DNA from: Octopus sinensis
Lineage: Eukaryota
NCBI RefSeq assembly: GCF_006345805.1
Contig: NC_043014.1
Span: 10,664,001-10,728,000 of the forward strand
Reading direction: 5' to 3'
DNA: 64,000 bases
Position numbers and translations under genes: made by a program. The notes under the pieces are model-generated. The model made no database searches. It was not told where the DNA came from and was given only the letters and a program-made list of their open reading frames with translations. This document shows positions 1 to 12,674 of this stretch, one piece after another. Position 1 is the stretch's first letter. Each line of letters opens with the position of its first letter.

Positions 1-565
1 GGCCGCACCGGGAATCCAATGTGTTCGTCATTGGCGTGTCTGACATAACAGCATTCAAGCAACTCTTTTTTGTTTGCATGTTTTTAGCGTGTTTACCAGC
101 CACATGCCCTCAGTAATTACTGAGGGCGGGCAGTTGGTGACCTTTATGTCATAAAACACACACGCACACACACACACACACGTACTGAAAGAACTCAGAA
201 ACAGATCAGAGTGTTCAGCTATGCGCCGAGAAAAGCAGTTCTCATGGTTTAGTGGTTGCGTAAAATAGACACCGTCAAATGACACAAATCAGTTTCGAAT
301 CCAGCAATATATGTGTGTGTGTGTTGTGTGTGTGTGTGTGTGTATGTATGCGTGTGCGTGTGTGTGTGTAAAGAGAGAGAGAGAGAAAAAAAAAGAGAGA
401 GAGAGAGAAAGACAGACAGACAGACAGAGAAAATTATAATTAAGGGTACCGAAGAGATACCACCTTGCCAGAAATAGCAGTCAAAACCTGACTCTAAAAC
501 CACATCAAGTATTTATTTACATTATTTACATTCGACGGATATTTGTCCTCATCTTGTTTGTTGTC

Positions 566-611
566 AACACAACGTTTCGGTTGATATACCCTCCAGCCTT
601 CTTCAGGTATC
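566..611 (-). ncRNA. Minimal type-I hammerhead ribozyme
   Basis: Minus strand: gatac CTGAAGA a ggctg..caacc GAAAC GTT gtgtt. Stem III is the loopless palindrome ACGU; cleavage triplet GUU. Confidence 0.7.
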
Positions 612-850
612 TTGATGTAATGGATCCTCTCACGGACGATGGCATGTCCTGTCCTTTCGTTTATTCTTTTAGTTTTATGTAAATCGACTAGTGTCATTAT
701 ATTCAAGCTAGGCGGTATTAGCTTTGAGTCTCTACATCTACATAAGAAAGTCAGATGGTTTGAAAGACGAGCTCGTTTTTGAAGAAGTTTCTCTATATGT
801 CTCCATTGAAGTCTCATGTCGACTCCGTACCGATTAGATAATACAGTTCT
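612..850 (-). pseudogene. PLE ORF N-terminal fragment (no RT or GIY-YIG present)
   Basis: ORF 494..1006 contains EKLLQKRARLSNHLTFLCRCRDSKLIPPSL, matching the H..FL..C....LIP..L N-terminal motif of Penelope/Poseidon-type ORFs. Confidence 0.7.
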
Positions 851-922
851 ATATTTAAGAGATGAGGAATTATTTACATTATTTACATTCGACGGATATT
901 TGTCCTCATCTTGTTTGTTGTT

Positions 923-968
923 AACACAACGTTTCGGCTGGTATACCCTCCAGCTTTCTTCAGGTGTC
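923..968 (-). ncRNA. Minimal type-I hammerhead ribozyme
   Basis: Minus strand: gacac CTGAAGA a agctg..cagcc GAAAC GTT gtgtt. Confidence 0.7.
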
Positions 969-1233
969 GAATATAAATGATGTAAATAATGTACATAATT
1001 CCTCATCTCTTAAATATAGAAAAGTATTTATTTGTTCTTTTATCTTTTCACCTGTGGTTTTAGAGTCAGGCTTTGACTGCTATTTCTAGCATGGTGTTAT
1101 CTCTTAATCATAATTTTAATAATAATTATTATATAAGGTTTATTTTTCCATACTGGCCACTTGATATGATCGCTATTTTAAATTATGGTCCTATCGTCTT
1201 AGGAATGAAAACCCAGGTTCGAAATTTCCCCAA

Positions 1234-1279
1234 GACACCTGATGAGGGCAGGTGGGTATATCAGCCGAAACATTGTGTT
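1234..1279 (+). ncRNA. Hammerhead ribozyme, degenerate copy
   Basis: gacac CTGATGA gggcag..cagcc GAAAC ATT gtgtt; GTT is mutated to ATT. Confidence 0.55.
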
Positions 1280-1690
1280 GACAACAAACACGATGAAGAC
1301 AAATATCCGTCGAATCTAAATAATGTAAATAATGTAAACATTGTGTACTGGCTAATGGTTTCGGCTCTCATTTGAAAGATTCTTTTTCTTCTCAGAATTT
1401 TTGTTTTATGAGTTATTAGGTGGACCAAACAGAAAGTAGCTGAATATAGTCCTCTGCACCAAGTGTTATTGTTTAAAATCAAGATTGAAATAATGTTTGT
1501 TGAAAATATCGTACTTTACAAGTAATTATATCTCAGGTCAGAAAGGAGGTTTAAATTCTTTCGTGGAAAGTGAAATAAACAATTTAGGCTGACGGTTCAG
1601 GTAAAAACGGATGTTCCATACACTCACATATATGCATGTATGCCTGTGTTATATATATGTATATATATGTATATATATATATGTATATAT

Positions 1691-1737
<47 letters not shown>

Positions 1738-1740
1738 TAT

Positions 1741-1792
<52 letters not shown>

Positions 1793-2417
1793 TTATATGT
1801 GTGTGTGTGTTGGTGTCGGAGTCTGTGCATGCGAAAGTGTGGTGTAGTAGTAATATATACATATGTATAAACAGAACGGTGCAGTGGCGAAGGACAATTG
1901 CTGGTAAGTGTAGATAAAATGAACAAACTGCTGTACAAGAGCGAGGAAAGTAATTACGCCCTAAAACAAGCAGACGTCGAGAATATAAACTTAGGTAGAA
2001 ACGGGTCGCATGTAGAAACACGTGATGCTGGAATCCAAATAGCCTGTCATGATGAGGTCATTTACAGTAACCATCTGCGCAGTTTATTCCTATCTTCCCA
2101 TTATTTTAGGTGATTTGCAGTTGATTTATTAGCCGTCAAAATCCAAGAATCGTAAACAAAAGGTGAGCTCTCCCAAATGAGTAAGAACAAAGAATTCGGT
2201 TTCGATTTTCAGTGAAAACAAATTCATTTTAACGTAAAGTATACTAGCCATCTCAATATGGCTAACCACTAAGGGTGGTTGTTACTGTAGAGATTTATTA
2301 TTGCTCAAATTCATTTTATTTGCGTTGTAAGACGCATTATTTCTCGAACGTGCAATTTTCACAGCGTCACTTTCAAAAGTCGTTTCTACGTTGTTCATCA
2401 ACCCGTCATAAAAAGTA

Positions 2418-2922
2418 CCGTAAATCCTCGAGTATAATCCGCCCTTAAGTATAATACGCAGGGGATTTTTAGGGGGCTGAACTTCTGAAAAATCTAAACC
2501 ATGTGTATAATACGTTCCCTTTCTCTAACTTGAGTCAAGGAGGTCTATATAACGTCCTTGGTTTGTAAAAATGTATACGGTAACGTCCTTATTATTATTG
2601 TATATATAACATAATGCAAACGTGTAGCTTTTTTGTGCATTTTGTTTGAAGATAAAGAAAAATAACAGTAATAACGTTTAATAAATGTTGCTTACTGCAA
2701 GTTATGGATGATTCTTTTATGATTTCATTGCTTTCAGGCTTAGCTTAAGGTATTTTCACGCGCCCGATATCACAAAATGCTGGAGAGCAAATAGAGACTT
2801 GGACATTGCTTAGAAAATAATTAGAAAATAATTTTCATTTTTAACCTCGTACATAGTTCGCACTAAGGATTTTGACCTTTAAATTTTGGGGGAAAATGCG
2901 TATTATACTCGAGGATTTACGG
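2418..2922. mobile_element. Non-autonomous Tc1/mariner-pogo-type MITE
   Basis: TIRs CCGTAAATCCTCGAGTATAAT / ATTATACTCGAGGATTTACGG flanked by TA on both sides. Confidence 0.85.
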
Positions 2923-3332
2923 TAACCAACTCCCCCTCAAATCGCATTTTGCTATCTTTAAAAAAAATAGGTGACATTAAAAATGTCGTCCAAGATGTCC
3001 TACGTCTGGAAATAATACGTGAGAATCACAGTTAAAATTCTTTTGGACACAGGAATGAACTATCCAGTGTAACTTGGAGCTAAACAACATTGATTTCTCA
3101 TGTAAGCAGAAGGCCACATCGTTGAGAAGAGTGTTTAGTCAATAAAATCGACTTCAATACTGGACCGGCACTGTATTTTGTCGACACCGAAGGAATGAAA
3201 GCTAAACTGACTTTAGCTAAATTCGAACTGAGAACGTAGGGAATCAACAAATAGCAGAAAACTTTATTCCGACGCTCAAACTATTGTATTTTTGCAGCCT
3301 TGTAAACAGCAGACAGACAGAATCAATCAGAT

Positions 3333-3928
3333 AACAAGAGCAATCAGAGAGCACAAACCTCCGCCAAGGCAACACCAACGTTCTCTCAACGATTAGCCAG
3401 AGAGAATATCTGAGAATACCTGAAATAAACTCGACCGCTCTCACAAACTAGAATACTAAAAATGAAACCGACGGCTCTCAAAAATTAAGCAAAAAAACCC
3501 CCCAAAAAACTAGAAAAATAATCCAGAATCCTTGTCCGGTACCTGATTGATACCAATAGTAGTCATGGAATATGAAGGTGGCTGTAGAAAATTTAGTAAC
3601 ACTAGTACTTTATCTTTATCTAATACAAGCCAACGTTCACAAATTCACCATTCGAAATAGTTTGTCTAAAGGGAGATAATTGAGAAAGACTTGAAAGTTA
3701 ACGTAAGATGGTAATCATGTAAAGTAAATATAACAAATAACCCAGGATCCTTTTCCGGTACCGGATCGATCACCAAATCTAATCAGTTCGTGCCAATCAT
3801 GTGGCCAAACATCCCTGAAGGTTTCATCCGAATCCGTCCAGCGGTTCTTGAGATATCTTGTCCACGGACAAACCAACAAACAAATACTACTGAAAACAAT
3901 ACCTCTGCCTTCGCTAAGGCGGAGGTAA
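3333..3928 (-). mobile_element. Helentron-associated non-autonomous element (HINE/DINE-like)
   Basis: Subterminal ACCTCCGCC motifs (about 3357 and 3917-3926), terminal palindrome ACCTCTGCCTTCGCTAAGGCGGAGGT, and a small hairpin AGAGCAATCAGAGAGCACA at the other end. Confidence 0.6.
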
Positions 3929-4113
3929 CTAGAAAAACATATAATTCCGTTCGATATCTTAGCTATAAGTGACAATAGGAACGTAACTCCATCAGACAGT
4001 AACGAGACTAAGACTCAATCGCGGGAAAAATACTTGTAAAAATGACCAGAAAAAAAAACTGAGTCAAAGCAAGATTCAGATCTCCCCGAGGAATAGGCAA
4101 AAAGAATGTTTTA

Positions 4114-4483
4114 CTAGCAGTATCGCCCGGCGTTGCTCGGGTTTGTAAGGGAAATAACTATAAAGCATTTTTAGAGAGTTATAGCCAAAAAATAGCAAAG
4201 AAATGCATTAAAAATGGAAAAATATGATGGTAAATTTTTTTTTAAATCGTTGACTCATCGTAGACATTTTTAGAGAGTTACTTCCCTTATATAAAAAAAA
4301 TATGCATTAAAATGGAAAAAAATGATGGTAAATTATTTTTAAAATCGTAGACCCAGAAGGGCTCGATATGAATCACGACTATAAGATACCCGGTTTTGGT
4401 TAAACTGCACCGCAAAATGTGGGAGTAGTTAGGAATCTAAATCGTAGGAGACAGACACACAACCTTTCTTTTATATATAAAGA
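4114..4483 (-). mobile_element. Non-autonomous Helitron
   Basis: Minus strand begins A|TCTTTATATAT and ends with hairpin CCCGAGCAACGCCGGG then CTAG|T. Near-identical copy at 54496-54890. Confidence 0.8.
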
Positions 4484-4653
4484 TATGTACACTTTAATAA
4501 GCCTTCAATTAACTATTCATTTGTTGCATGTGGATTAGCTCAGCCATCATAAATGTGGACTAATTCAATAATTTTCAACGTAAACTAGTTCACGTTGGTG
4601 AATGGTGGTGAAAAATTATAAAAAAATAACCTAGAATCTGTTTTTTATTTACC

Positions 4654-5360
4654 TATTTCTTTACTACCCACAAGGGGCTAAACACAGAGAGAGGACAAAC
4701 AAGGACAGACAAACTGATTAAGTCGATTATATATGCTGGCCATTTCCTTTGTTTGAACCCGCACTTCCACTGAAGCATATTTGTTATCCCTGGCCAAGTA
4801 CGTAATTTCCGGCCATATAAATGCCAAGCGCTTTTCGATTTGAACCCTTGTTCCCACATCTATTTTATCTCTGACTACAAACTTTTTAAACATTACCGTT
4901 TTTCTTCAACGTATCCTGAGTAACTTTGCAAGGAGAGGCCAACTCAATTTTGCATCCTGCCTTTTTCAACATGTCCTTGTACTTCAGTAAATCTTGCATT
5001 TCAAACATTATCTCTTCCTTCGAAGCGCCGGCCGCAGCTGCAAACCTTTTGATACTTTTCCTATTGTTAACATTCATTATCCTTTTTCTTCTTGACAGCT
5101 CCTCCTCTGCATTATCCAATAATTCTATTGATTCACTTTCTGGCAAATCCACGCCAGAAAGACTTAACATGTCACAACCAGTATTCATGTTATACCAAAA
5201 GCGCTTCCCGCCTCAAACAAGGGGCAAACGATAACAGGACTGCTGCAAAGCAGGAAAACAATGGTGTATTTAAACACACACAATAACAATATTCAACAAT
5301 TCAACAACCGTAATATAACAAGCAAACAAGCGACACTGACCGTAAATATCGACACTAACT
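4654..5360 (-). mobile_element. Chimeric retrocopy: L1/Tx1-like 5' UTR + ORF1 fragment (ATG at 5188, frameshift near 4890) fused to the SINE 3' tail (4654-4732)
   Basis: ARDNKYASVEVRVQTKEMA resembles KRGKKYATVVVYFETENEA of the 55.6-kb ORF1. It runs directly into TATAATCGACTTAATC...GCCCCTTGTGGGTAGTAAAGAAATA. Confidence 0.6.
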
Positions 5361-5621
5361 CTTGGCGGACGGATTTCGAATGCCATAAGAACCTAGAATA
5401 TTAAATTCTTAGCATCTCCCAATCTGACTTCATCTAAATATATGTAAACCTATCACCAGTAGAAGTAGTTCAGTAGCTTTGTTTCAATATTCATTCCAAA
5501 CTGACATATACTACTAGCATTTTTAACACTTTTTTTTAAAAGACATGAAGCTCGTAACATCCCATCTCTTCTGCATAATACTTCAGAATTTTATGTTTTG
5601 TCAAAAGAAACTATTATATTG

Positions 5622-6000
5622 ATTTCAAAATTTGGCAAAAGCCAGCAATTTCGGAGTAAGGGGATAAGTCGATTACATCAACCCTCAGTACGCAACTGGT
5701 ACTTAATTTGTACCCGAAAGGTTGAAAGGCAAAGTCGACCTCGGCGGAATTTGAACTCAGAACGTAGCGGCAGACGAAATACCGATTTCTTTACTACCCA
5801 CAAGAGGACAAGCAACGACAGACAAACGGATTAAGTCGATTATATCGACCCCAGTGCGTAACTGGTACTTAATATATCGACCACGAAAGGATGAAAGGAA
5901 AAGTCGACCTCGGCGGAATTTGAACTCAGAACGCAGCGGCAGACGAAGTACCACTAAGCATTTCGCCCGGCGTGCTAACGTTTCTGCCAGCTCGCCGCCT
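5622..6000 (-). mobile_element. tRNA-derived SINE dimer (Meta-domain-like core): young-tail unit joined to an old-tail unit
   Basis: Head AGGCGGCGAGCTGGCAGAA, B-box-like GAGTTCAAATTCC, core GCCTTTCATCCTTTCGGGGTCGATAAATTAAGTACCAG; junction at GGTATTTCG. Confidence 0.85.
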
Positions 6001-6699
6001 ATAGCAGATATAATGCGTAAAGGTGTGAACTGCTTTTGCGATATATTGGCCGACGTAAAAACAACACACGGTTATAATCGTCGTGGAGTAGAGGCCATCT
6101 GTTATGAAGTAGGGAAAAGTAGCTGACATAGAGGGGAGAGTAACACGTTCATATTATCAGACTGGTGCTTACTTTATGTAATTACTATTAGTTTAACATT
6201 AACACTATCGAAAAGATTGCAAGCCGCAACAAAAATTTTAGAAAATTTTTTTTAGTAATAAAAAAGAAATAAATGGAAATTTTACCGATGAGTGTGTTAA
6301 ATTATAAGGCACCAAAAGAGAATGACTCTCCCAGACACAACAGAAAATGCAATGGAACTTAGTGGAAAAGAAATAATATTCATGATATCCATTTATGTGT
6401 GTTCAAAATATATGGTCGTTTTGTTGTATCTCGGTAGGAATATTATGCCAATAATCATTTCTGTTATAGGCTCACAGCCTGAAATTTGATAGTGGGAGAA
6501 GATGGTTTGTCAATTACATTAACTCCTCCTCTCCCACACCAGTATTCAATTGGTACTCATTTTATCAACCCCAAAAAGATGTAAAGTAAAATTGAGCTCA
6601 ATGGAAATTGAACTCAGAATGCAAAGACGGATGAAAGACCACTAAGTAGTCTGTCCGGTGTGCTAACGATTCTTTGAACTCAGAACATTGCGAATTTGA

Positions 6700-7555
6700 A
6701 CTCAGAACATTGCGATGGGCGAAATACCTATTTCTTTACTACCCACAAGGGGCTAAACACAGAGAGGACAAACAAGGACAGACAAACGGATTAAGTCGAT
6801 TATATCGACCCCAGTGCGTAACTGGTACTTAATTTATCGACACCGAAAGGATGAAAGGCAAAGTCGACCTCGGCGGAATTTGAACTCAGAATGTAACGGC
6901 AGACGAAATACGGCTACGCATTTCGCCCGGTGTGCTAACGATACTTATTTCTTTACTACCCACAAGGGGCTAAACAGAGAGAGAACAAACAAGGACAAAC
7001 AAACAGATTAAGTCGATTACAGTGCGTAACAGGTACTTAATTTATCGACCCCGAAAGGATGAAAGGCAAAGTCGACCGCGGCGGAATTTGAACTCAGAAC
7101 TTAGCGGCAGGCGAAATACCTAATTCTTTACTACCCACAAGGGGCTAAACACAGAGGGGGCAAACAAGGACAGACAAACGGATTAAGTCGATTACATCGA
7201 CCCAAGTGCGTAACTGGTACTTAATTAATCGACCCCGAAAGGATGAAAGGCAAAGTCGACCTCGGCGGAATTTGAACTCAGAACGTAACGGCAGATGAAA
7301 TACGGCTACGCATTTCGCCCAGCGTGCTAACGTTTCTGCCAGCTCGCCGCCTTGCCAGCTCGCCGCCTAAGCCAGACAAACGGATTAAGTCGATTACATC
7401 GACCCAAGTGCGTAACTGGTACTTAATTAATCGACCCCGAAAGGATGAAAGGCAAAGTCGACCTCGGCGGAATTTGAACTCAGAACGTAACGGCAGGCGA
7501 AATACCGCTAAGCATTTCGCCCGACGTGCTAACGATCTGCCAGTTCGCTGCCGTC
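6700..7555 (-). mobile_element. Head-to-tail array/cluster of the same SINE (about 4 units)
   Basis: Repeated units of about 185 bp, most ending GTGGGTAGTAAAGAA(A/T)TA. Confidence 0.85.
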
Positions 7556-8327
7556 GTTATACCAAAAAATAAACGCACACACTGGTTCTGCTTCACTTCT
7601 TTATTATTTGTTAATTGGTCGACTATTTAACCGATACACTAATTGATTGGTTATTTAATTATTGGGCTAATCACAGAAAGTGCAGGTCCTGGAAGGTTGA
7701 AAATGAGAACGAAAGGACTTTGATTGCTTGATTAATCAATTAGTAAACTGGTTAAAAAGTTAACCTAATGACAAATTATAAAGAAGTAAAAAAGAAACCG
7801 TGAGCGTGATTATTATTGGCATAACGACCCTCCCGAGGTACACCAAAATATATTTCAACACATGAGTTCACATCAAGAATTTTTCAAACCAATACAAAAC
7901 CCAAATATTTGGTAATTATCAAATATTATATTGGTAGCGATTCATTAACTTCAAAGCGATAATTAACTTCAATTGGTATATATTTGCGATTAGTTTCGCT
8001 TGTTGCGCATCAAGTTACATTTCTTCGTCTGTCTCTCAGTTCCACAATTCTTACATCCATCCAACATATTTGGCACAACATTCCTACGATTCTTATTGTA
8101 TGACTACGGTATATTTCAGAGAGAAAAACCCACCCCTTACTATTACATATCTATATTCTTAACTTGTATCGGGATATACCAAAACAAAGAGAATGCAATG
8201 ACGTATGTGCAAGTGTAGAATTAATGGCAGAAAATAGAAACTTTGTTTGTTGGAGGGGGCGACGACAAACATACAAATACACTCCACAAGGAATGTGTGT
8301 GTATATATAGTGATATATTAATTCATT

Positions 8328-8382
<55 letters not shown>

Positions 8383-8483
8383 GATTAGAAATATAGATAG
8401 ATACTTAGATAGACAATTAGAAAGATAAATGGATAATTAAATAGATAGATAGACAATTAAATAGATAGATAGATAGATAGATC

Positions 8484-8542
<59 letters not shown>

Positions 8543-8780
8543 CGATAGATAGATAGATAATTAGATAATTAAATCGATAGATATAGATATCATATAAATG
8601 TATATGTATGAATTACGTATGTATGTACGTATGTATGTATATGTTTATATATGTATATATGTGCGTGTATATGTACATATAAATATATACATATTTACAC
8701 CTATATACATATACATATATGTGTATATGTTTGAGTATGTATGTATGCGTGTATGTATTATGTATGTGTGTATTTATGCG

Positions 8781-8812
<32 letters not shown>

Positions 8813-8830
8813 TGTATGTATGTATGTAGA
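8328..8830 (+). repeat. (GATA)n followed by (TATG)n microsatellite
   Basis: Read directly from the sequence. Confidence 0.95.
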
Positions 8831-8957
8831 TCGAGTGAGACATAGAAAGGGGAAGAGAGAGTAAGGGTCAGTTAGAGTGAAAGAAATGGAGAAAATACAA
8901 TTAATAACACTGTCGAGAGACAGGGTGACAGCAAGAAAGGTATAGACATAAGAAAAA

Positions 8958-8998
<41 letters not shown>

Positions 8999-9772
8999 GA
9001 TAGATAAGTAGATGTGTATGAAAGATAAGCGAATAGAAAAAAATAGGAAATGAGATTGCTGTGTAAAAAATAAGGGGGCGAGCAATAAATAGATTGCTAG
9101 AGCTTAGTTTATTCTGCTCCATTCAATCAATTTCTTGTTAATGAGGAACTTATGAAGGCCATAAATAGGGTCAAGGGATTTTGAGAGATAGTTAAGACGA
9201 AAAGAAGGAGAAAAAAAAATGGAGAAAAGCAACCCAAGCGTTTTCATTAAGAATACTGAAGATAAAAGGGTTTTTGAGGGGTTTCTTTGAAAATAGAACG
9301 GGGTGGGATAACCGCGATGAGTAATACAAAATTAGGTTAATATTTGCTGACGTCAATATTCGCCTATCTGCGGGATTTGTGGCAAAGAAGAGAGAGAGCA
9401 ATATGGCGGAGAAGGAGATGTAACTATATTTAGACAAGATATTGTTGGGGAAAGGAGACGAAGAGAAGTTCATAAATTATCGCTTAAATTACTAATGCAG
9501 GTAAAGATAACTGTAATATGAGACTTACTGGTTATAATTATTTCTTTTGATGCCATATCTGTAATATCATTTGAAATATAGATTCCTCTGAGAGGAAGCC
9601 AATATCACATGTGAATTTATTTTACCGACCTGGTGTACAAGGTGGCAAAACAATACTTATATCTATAGAATTTGAAACTTGAATAGCATGACTATAATAT
9701 AACCTAGAATATTGTTATTCTTTCTACTTTAGGCACAAAGCCTGAAATTTAGTGAAACGAGACAAGTCAATT

Positions 9773-10156
9773 GGTGGCGCTCCGTCGGTTACGACGACGA
9801 GGGTTCCAGTTGATCCGATCAACGGAACAGCCTGCTCGTGAAATGAACGTGTAAGTGGATGACCACTCTACAGACACGGGTACCCTTAACGTAGTTCTCG
9901 GGGAGATTCAGCGTGACACAGAGTGTGACATGGCTGGCCCTTTGAAATACAGGTACAACAGAATCAGGAAGAAAGAGTGAGAGAAAGTTGTGGTGAAAGA
10001 TTACAGCATGGTTCGCCACCACCCCCTACTGGAGCCTCTTGGAGCTTTGAGGCGTTTTCGTTCAATAAACACTCACAACGCCTGTTCTGGGAATCGAAAC
10101 CGCGATCCTACGACCGCGCGTCTGCTGCCGTAAACACTGGGCCATTGTACCCCCAC
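9773..10156 (-). mobile_element. tRNA(Arg-like)-head SINE with tail type A, inserted into an older SINE
   Basis: Head resembles that of the 12675 copy; 11-bp TSD ACAAGTCAATT at about 9762 and 10157. Confidence 0.8.
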
Positions 10157-10864
10157 ACAAGTCAATTACATCGATCCTGGAACGACGTAAAGCAAAGTGG
10201 ACCTCGGCGACGTTTGAACTTATAATGTAAAGAGGTCGGAAGAATGGCTACTAAATATTTTGTCCGTGGCGGTAACGCTTCTGCTATTTCGCTGCCTTAA
10301 CATAGAATGCTACAATCTTTTCTACTATAGGTACAAGGTCTGGTATTTGAGGGAGGGGCTTGGAGATTACATGGAACTGTGTAAGTCACTGGTAATAATT
10401 CCATCGACAAAGGATGAAAGACAAGTCGACGTCAGAGGAATTTGAACTTAGAACCTCAATACGGACGACATGCCGCTAAGCATTTTGTCCGGTGTGCGAA
10501 CAATTCTGCCAGTACGCCGTATATTATTATACATCTCTTAAATGTTGGTTCACGGGTCATTGAGAGAGGCACTGCGTGATCATTTGACCGGCAAAGATTT
10601 ATTTTAAATCACATCCTTCCGTCGGAAGAAAGAGGCCACTGTGTATATTGCGCTCCTCGGTGCACAGTTTCCGAAGCAAATGCTTATGACTAGAACCTTT
10701 TGGTCAAAACCATATTCAATCAGGGTTAAACAATAACAATAATATAAACTCGTCAATGCATACTAGAGCAACAAGTTAACCCCAGGTCAGTCGGGGGAAG
10801 GTCCCTGCCCTGGTTCTACGTTGTAGGTGTTACAAATGAAATGTCTTCTTGCGGTATACATCCT

Positions 10865-11102
10865 TTACTCTTTTACTCTTTTGTTTGTTTCAGTCATTTG
10901 ACTGCGGCCATGCTCGAGTGCCGCCTTTAGTCGAGCAAATCGATCCCAAGACTTATTCTTCGTCAGCCTAGTACTTATTCTATCGGTCGCTTTTTGCCGA
11001 ACCGCTAAGTTACGGGGACGTAAACACAGCAGCATCGGTTGTCAAGCGATGTTGGGGACACACACACAGACACACAACATATACACACACGTACATATAT
11101 AT

Positions 11103-11143
<41 letters not shown>

Positions 11144-11177
11144 CATGTATATATATATATAGATATATATATATATT

Positions 11178-11224
<47 letters not shown>

Positions 11225-11390
11225 TATCGGCATCATTTGCCGAATCGCTAAGTTACGGGGGCGAAGCACAGGCACAGATACATACATACATATATACAAC
11301 GGGTTTCTTTCAGTTTCCGTCTACCAAATCCACTCACAAGGCTTTATTCGGCCCGAGGCTATAATAGAAGACACTTGCCCAAGCCTTAGA
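10865..11390 (-). mobile_element. CORE/V-like tRNA SINE with internal (TA/CA)n and (GAGTAAAA)n tail
   Basis: CTTGGGCAAGTGTCTTC...GTGAGTGGATTTGGTAGACGGAAACTGAAAGAA and tail GCATGGCCGCAGTCAAATGACTGAAAC. Further pieces at 11400-11710. Confidence 0.8.
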
Positions 11391-12344
11391 GCGACCAATG
11401 CCTTGTGAATGGATTTGGTAGAGGGAAACCGAAAGAAATCCGTTGTATCTATGTATGTATATATCTGTACCTTTGCTTCGCCCCCGTAACTTAGCGATTC
11501 GGCAAAAGATGTCGATTAGAATAAGCACTAGGCTTACAAAGAATAAATCCTGGGGTCGATTTCTTCGTCTATAAACCGATTAAATGGGCTTCTGTACAGT
11601 TTTCATGAACCAAATTCACTCAATCACTAAGGTGATGTCGGCTCAGTGCTATATTAGAAGGTACGGCGTCGTGAGACTGAACCCGAAACAGTATGGTTCC
11701 AAAACGAGCTTCTTAACTGCACAGCCATGCTTGCGACTTAATTCCAGTAATTTTATACTTGCTTTCAAAGCTATGTTCGGAACAGCCATCCCATCCTTCG
11801 TATACCTGGAACCAGTGTTGTATGATTAAACCACTCCAGCCTGTACATCCATCGTATTTGTGTTTGTTTATGAAGCCCTGACATGGCTTTTTCGCTTGTT
11901 GTGCCCACATAACTGTGATATATGGACAGAACCGCTTAGCGTCTCTAATCTATGTTTCGCTTGTATAACACAGAACGTAGGTCAGAGTTTATGTTGAATG
12001 ATAACATTGATTCTTTAATCGATAAATGTTTATAATGAACATTGTGACGCTGGAGAATACGAATATCCCCGTATCGTTGTCGAGATAACGCTTATGGATA
12101 ATTATTCTTTTAAGCCAGCGTCAATGAAGCTCTTTCCTTCCTACGCAGTTTCTTTAGTTGATGGAAGAGAACCATCACAACTAGGTCATTTCGTTAGGAG
12201 CACACAAAATCAATCCAGCATTCATTACGTGTTGGCCAAGGGAAAAACGCTAATAAATAAAGCGATGTAAATAGTTGGGAGCCCCTTCACGAAGAAGTTA
12301 CACATATAATATCATAAATCTCTTTATTCACACTCACACACATG

Positions 12345-12402
<58 letters not shown>

Positions 12403-12585
12403 AGAGAGAGAGAGAGAGAGAGAGATGAGAAAGTTGTTTGTGAAAGCACGTGGTTGAATATATAGAAAATAGTAAAAAGTGAAAAAACTACAGAAGGCTT
12501 GTTTTTAAAAGGTTAAAAAATAATATTTGAATCAATATGTCTGAAGTTTTTTCACTTTTACTATTTTCTATATATATATATATAT

Positions 12586-12640
<55 letters not shown>

Positions 12641-12674
12641 TAGATATAGATATAGATATATATAGATAGATAGG

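Larger units (their letters stand above)
510..1345 (-). mobile_element. Penelope-like element (PLE) relic: two direct pseudo-LTR copies (about 510-612 and 870-968) flanking an N-terminal ORF piece, plus inverted pLTR pieces (970-1028, 1230-1340)
   Basis: Repeated block ATTTACATTCGACGGATATTTGTCCTCATCTTGTTTG...CTTCAGGT carries hammerhead cores. A mix of direct and inverted pLTRs is typical of PLEs. Confidence 0.8.

Noticed and set aside
1875-1909. Possible micro-exon AG...GTAAGT
   Set aside because: No polypyrimidine tract and no recognisable peptide.
5598-7572. Recurrent ORF RNWYLIYRPRKDERQSRPRRNLNSE
   Set aside because: It is the antisense translation of the SINE.
9150-9480. Purine-rich stretch resembling decayed ORF1
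   Set aside because: Multiple stops and no diagnostic motif.
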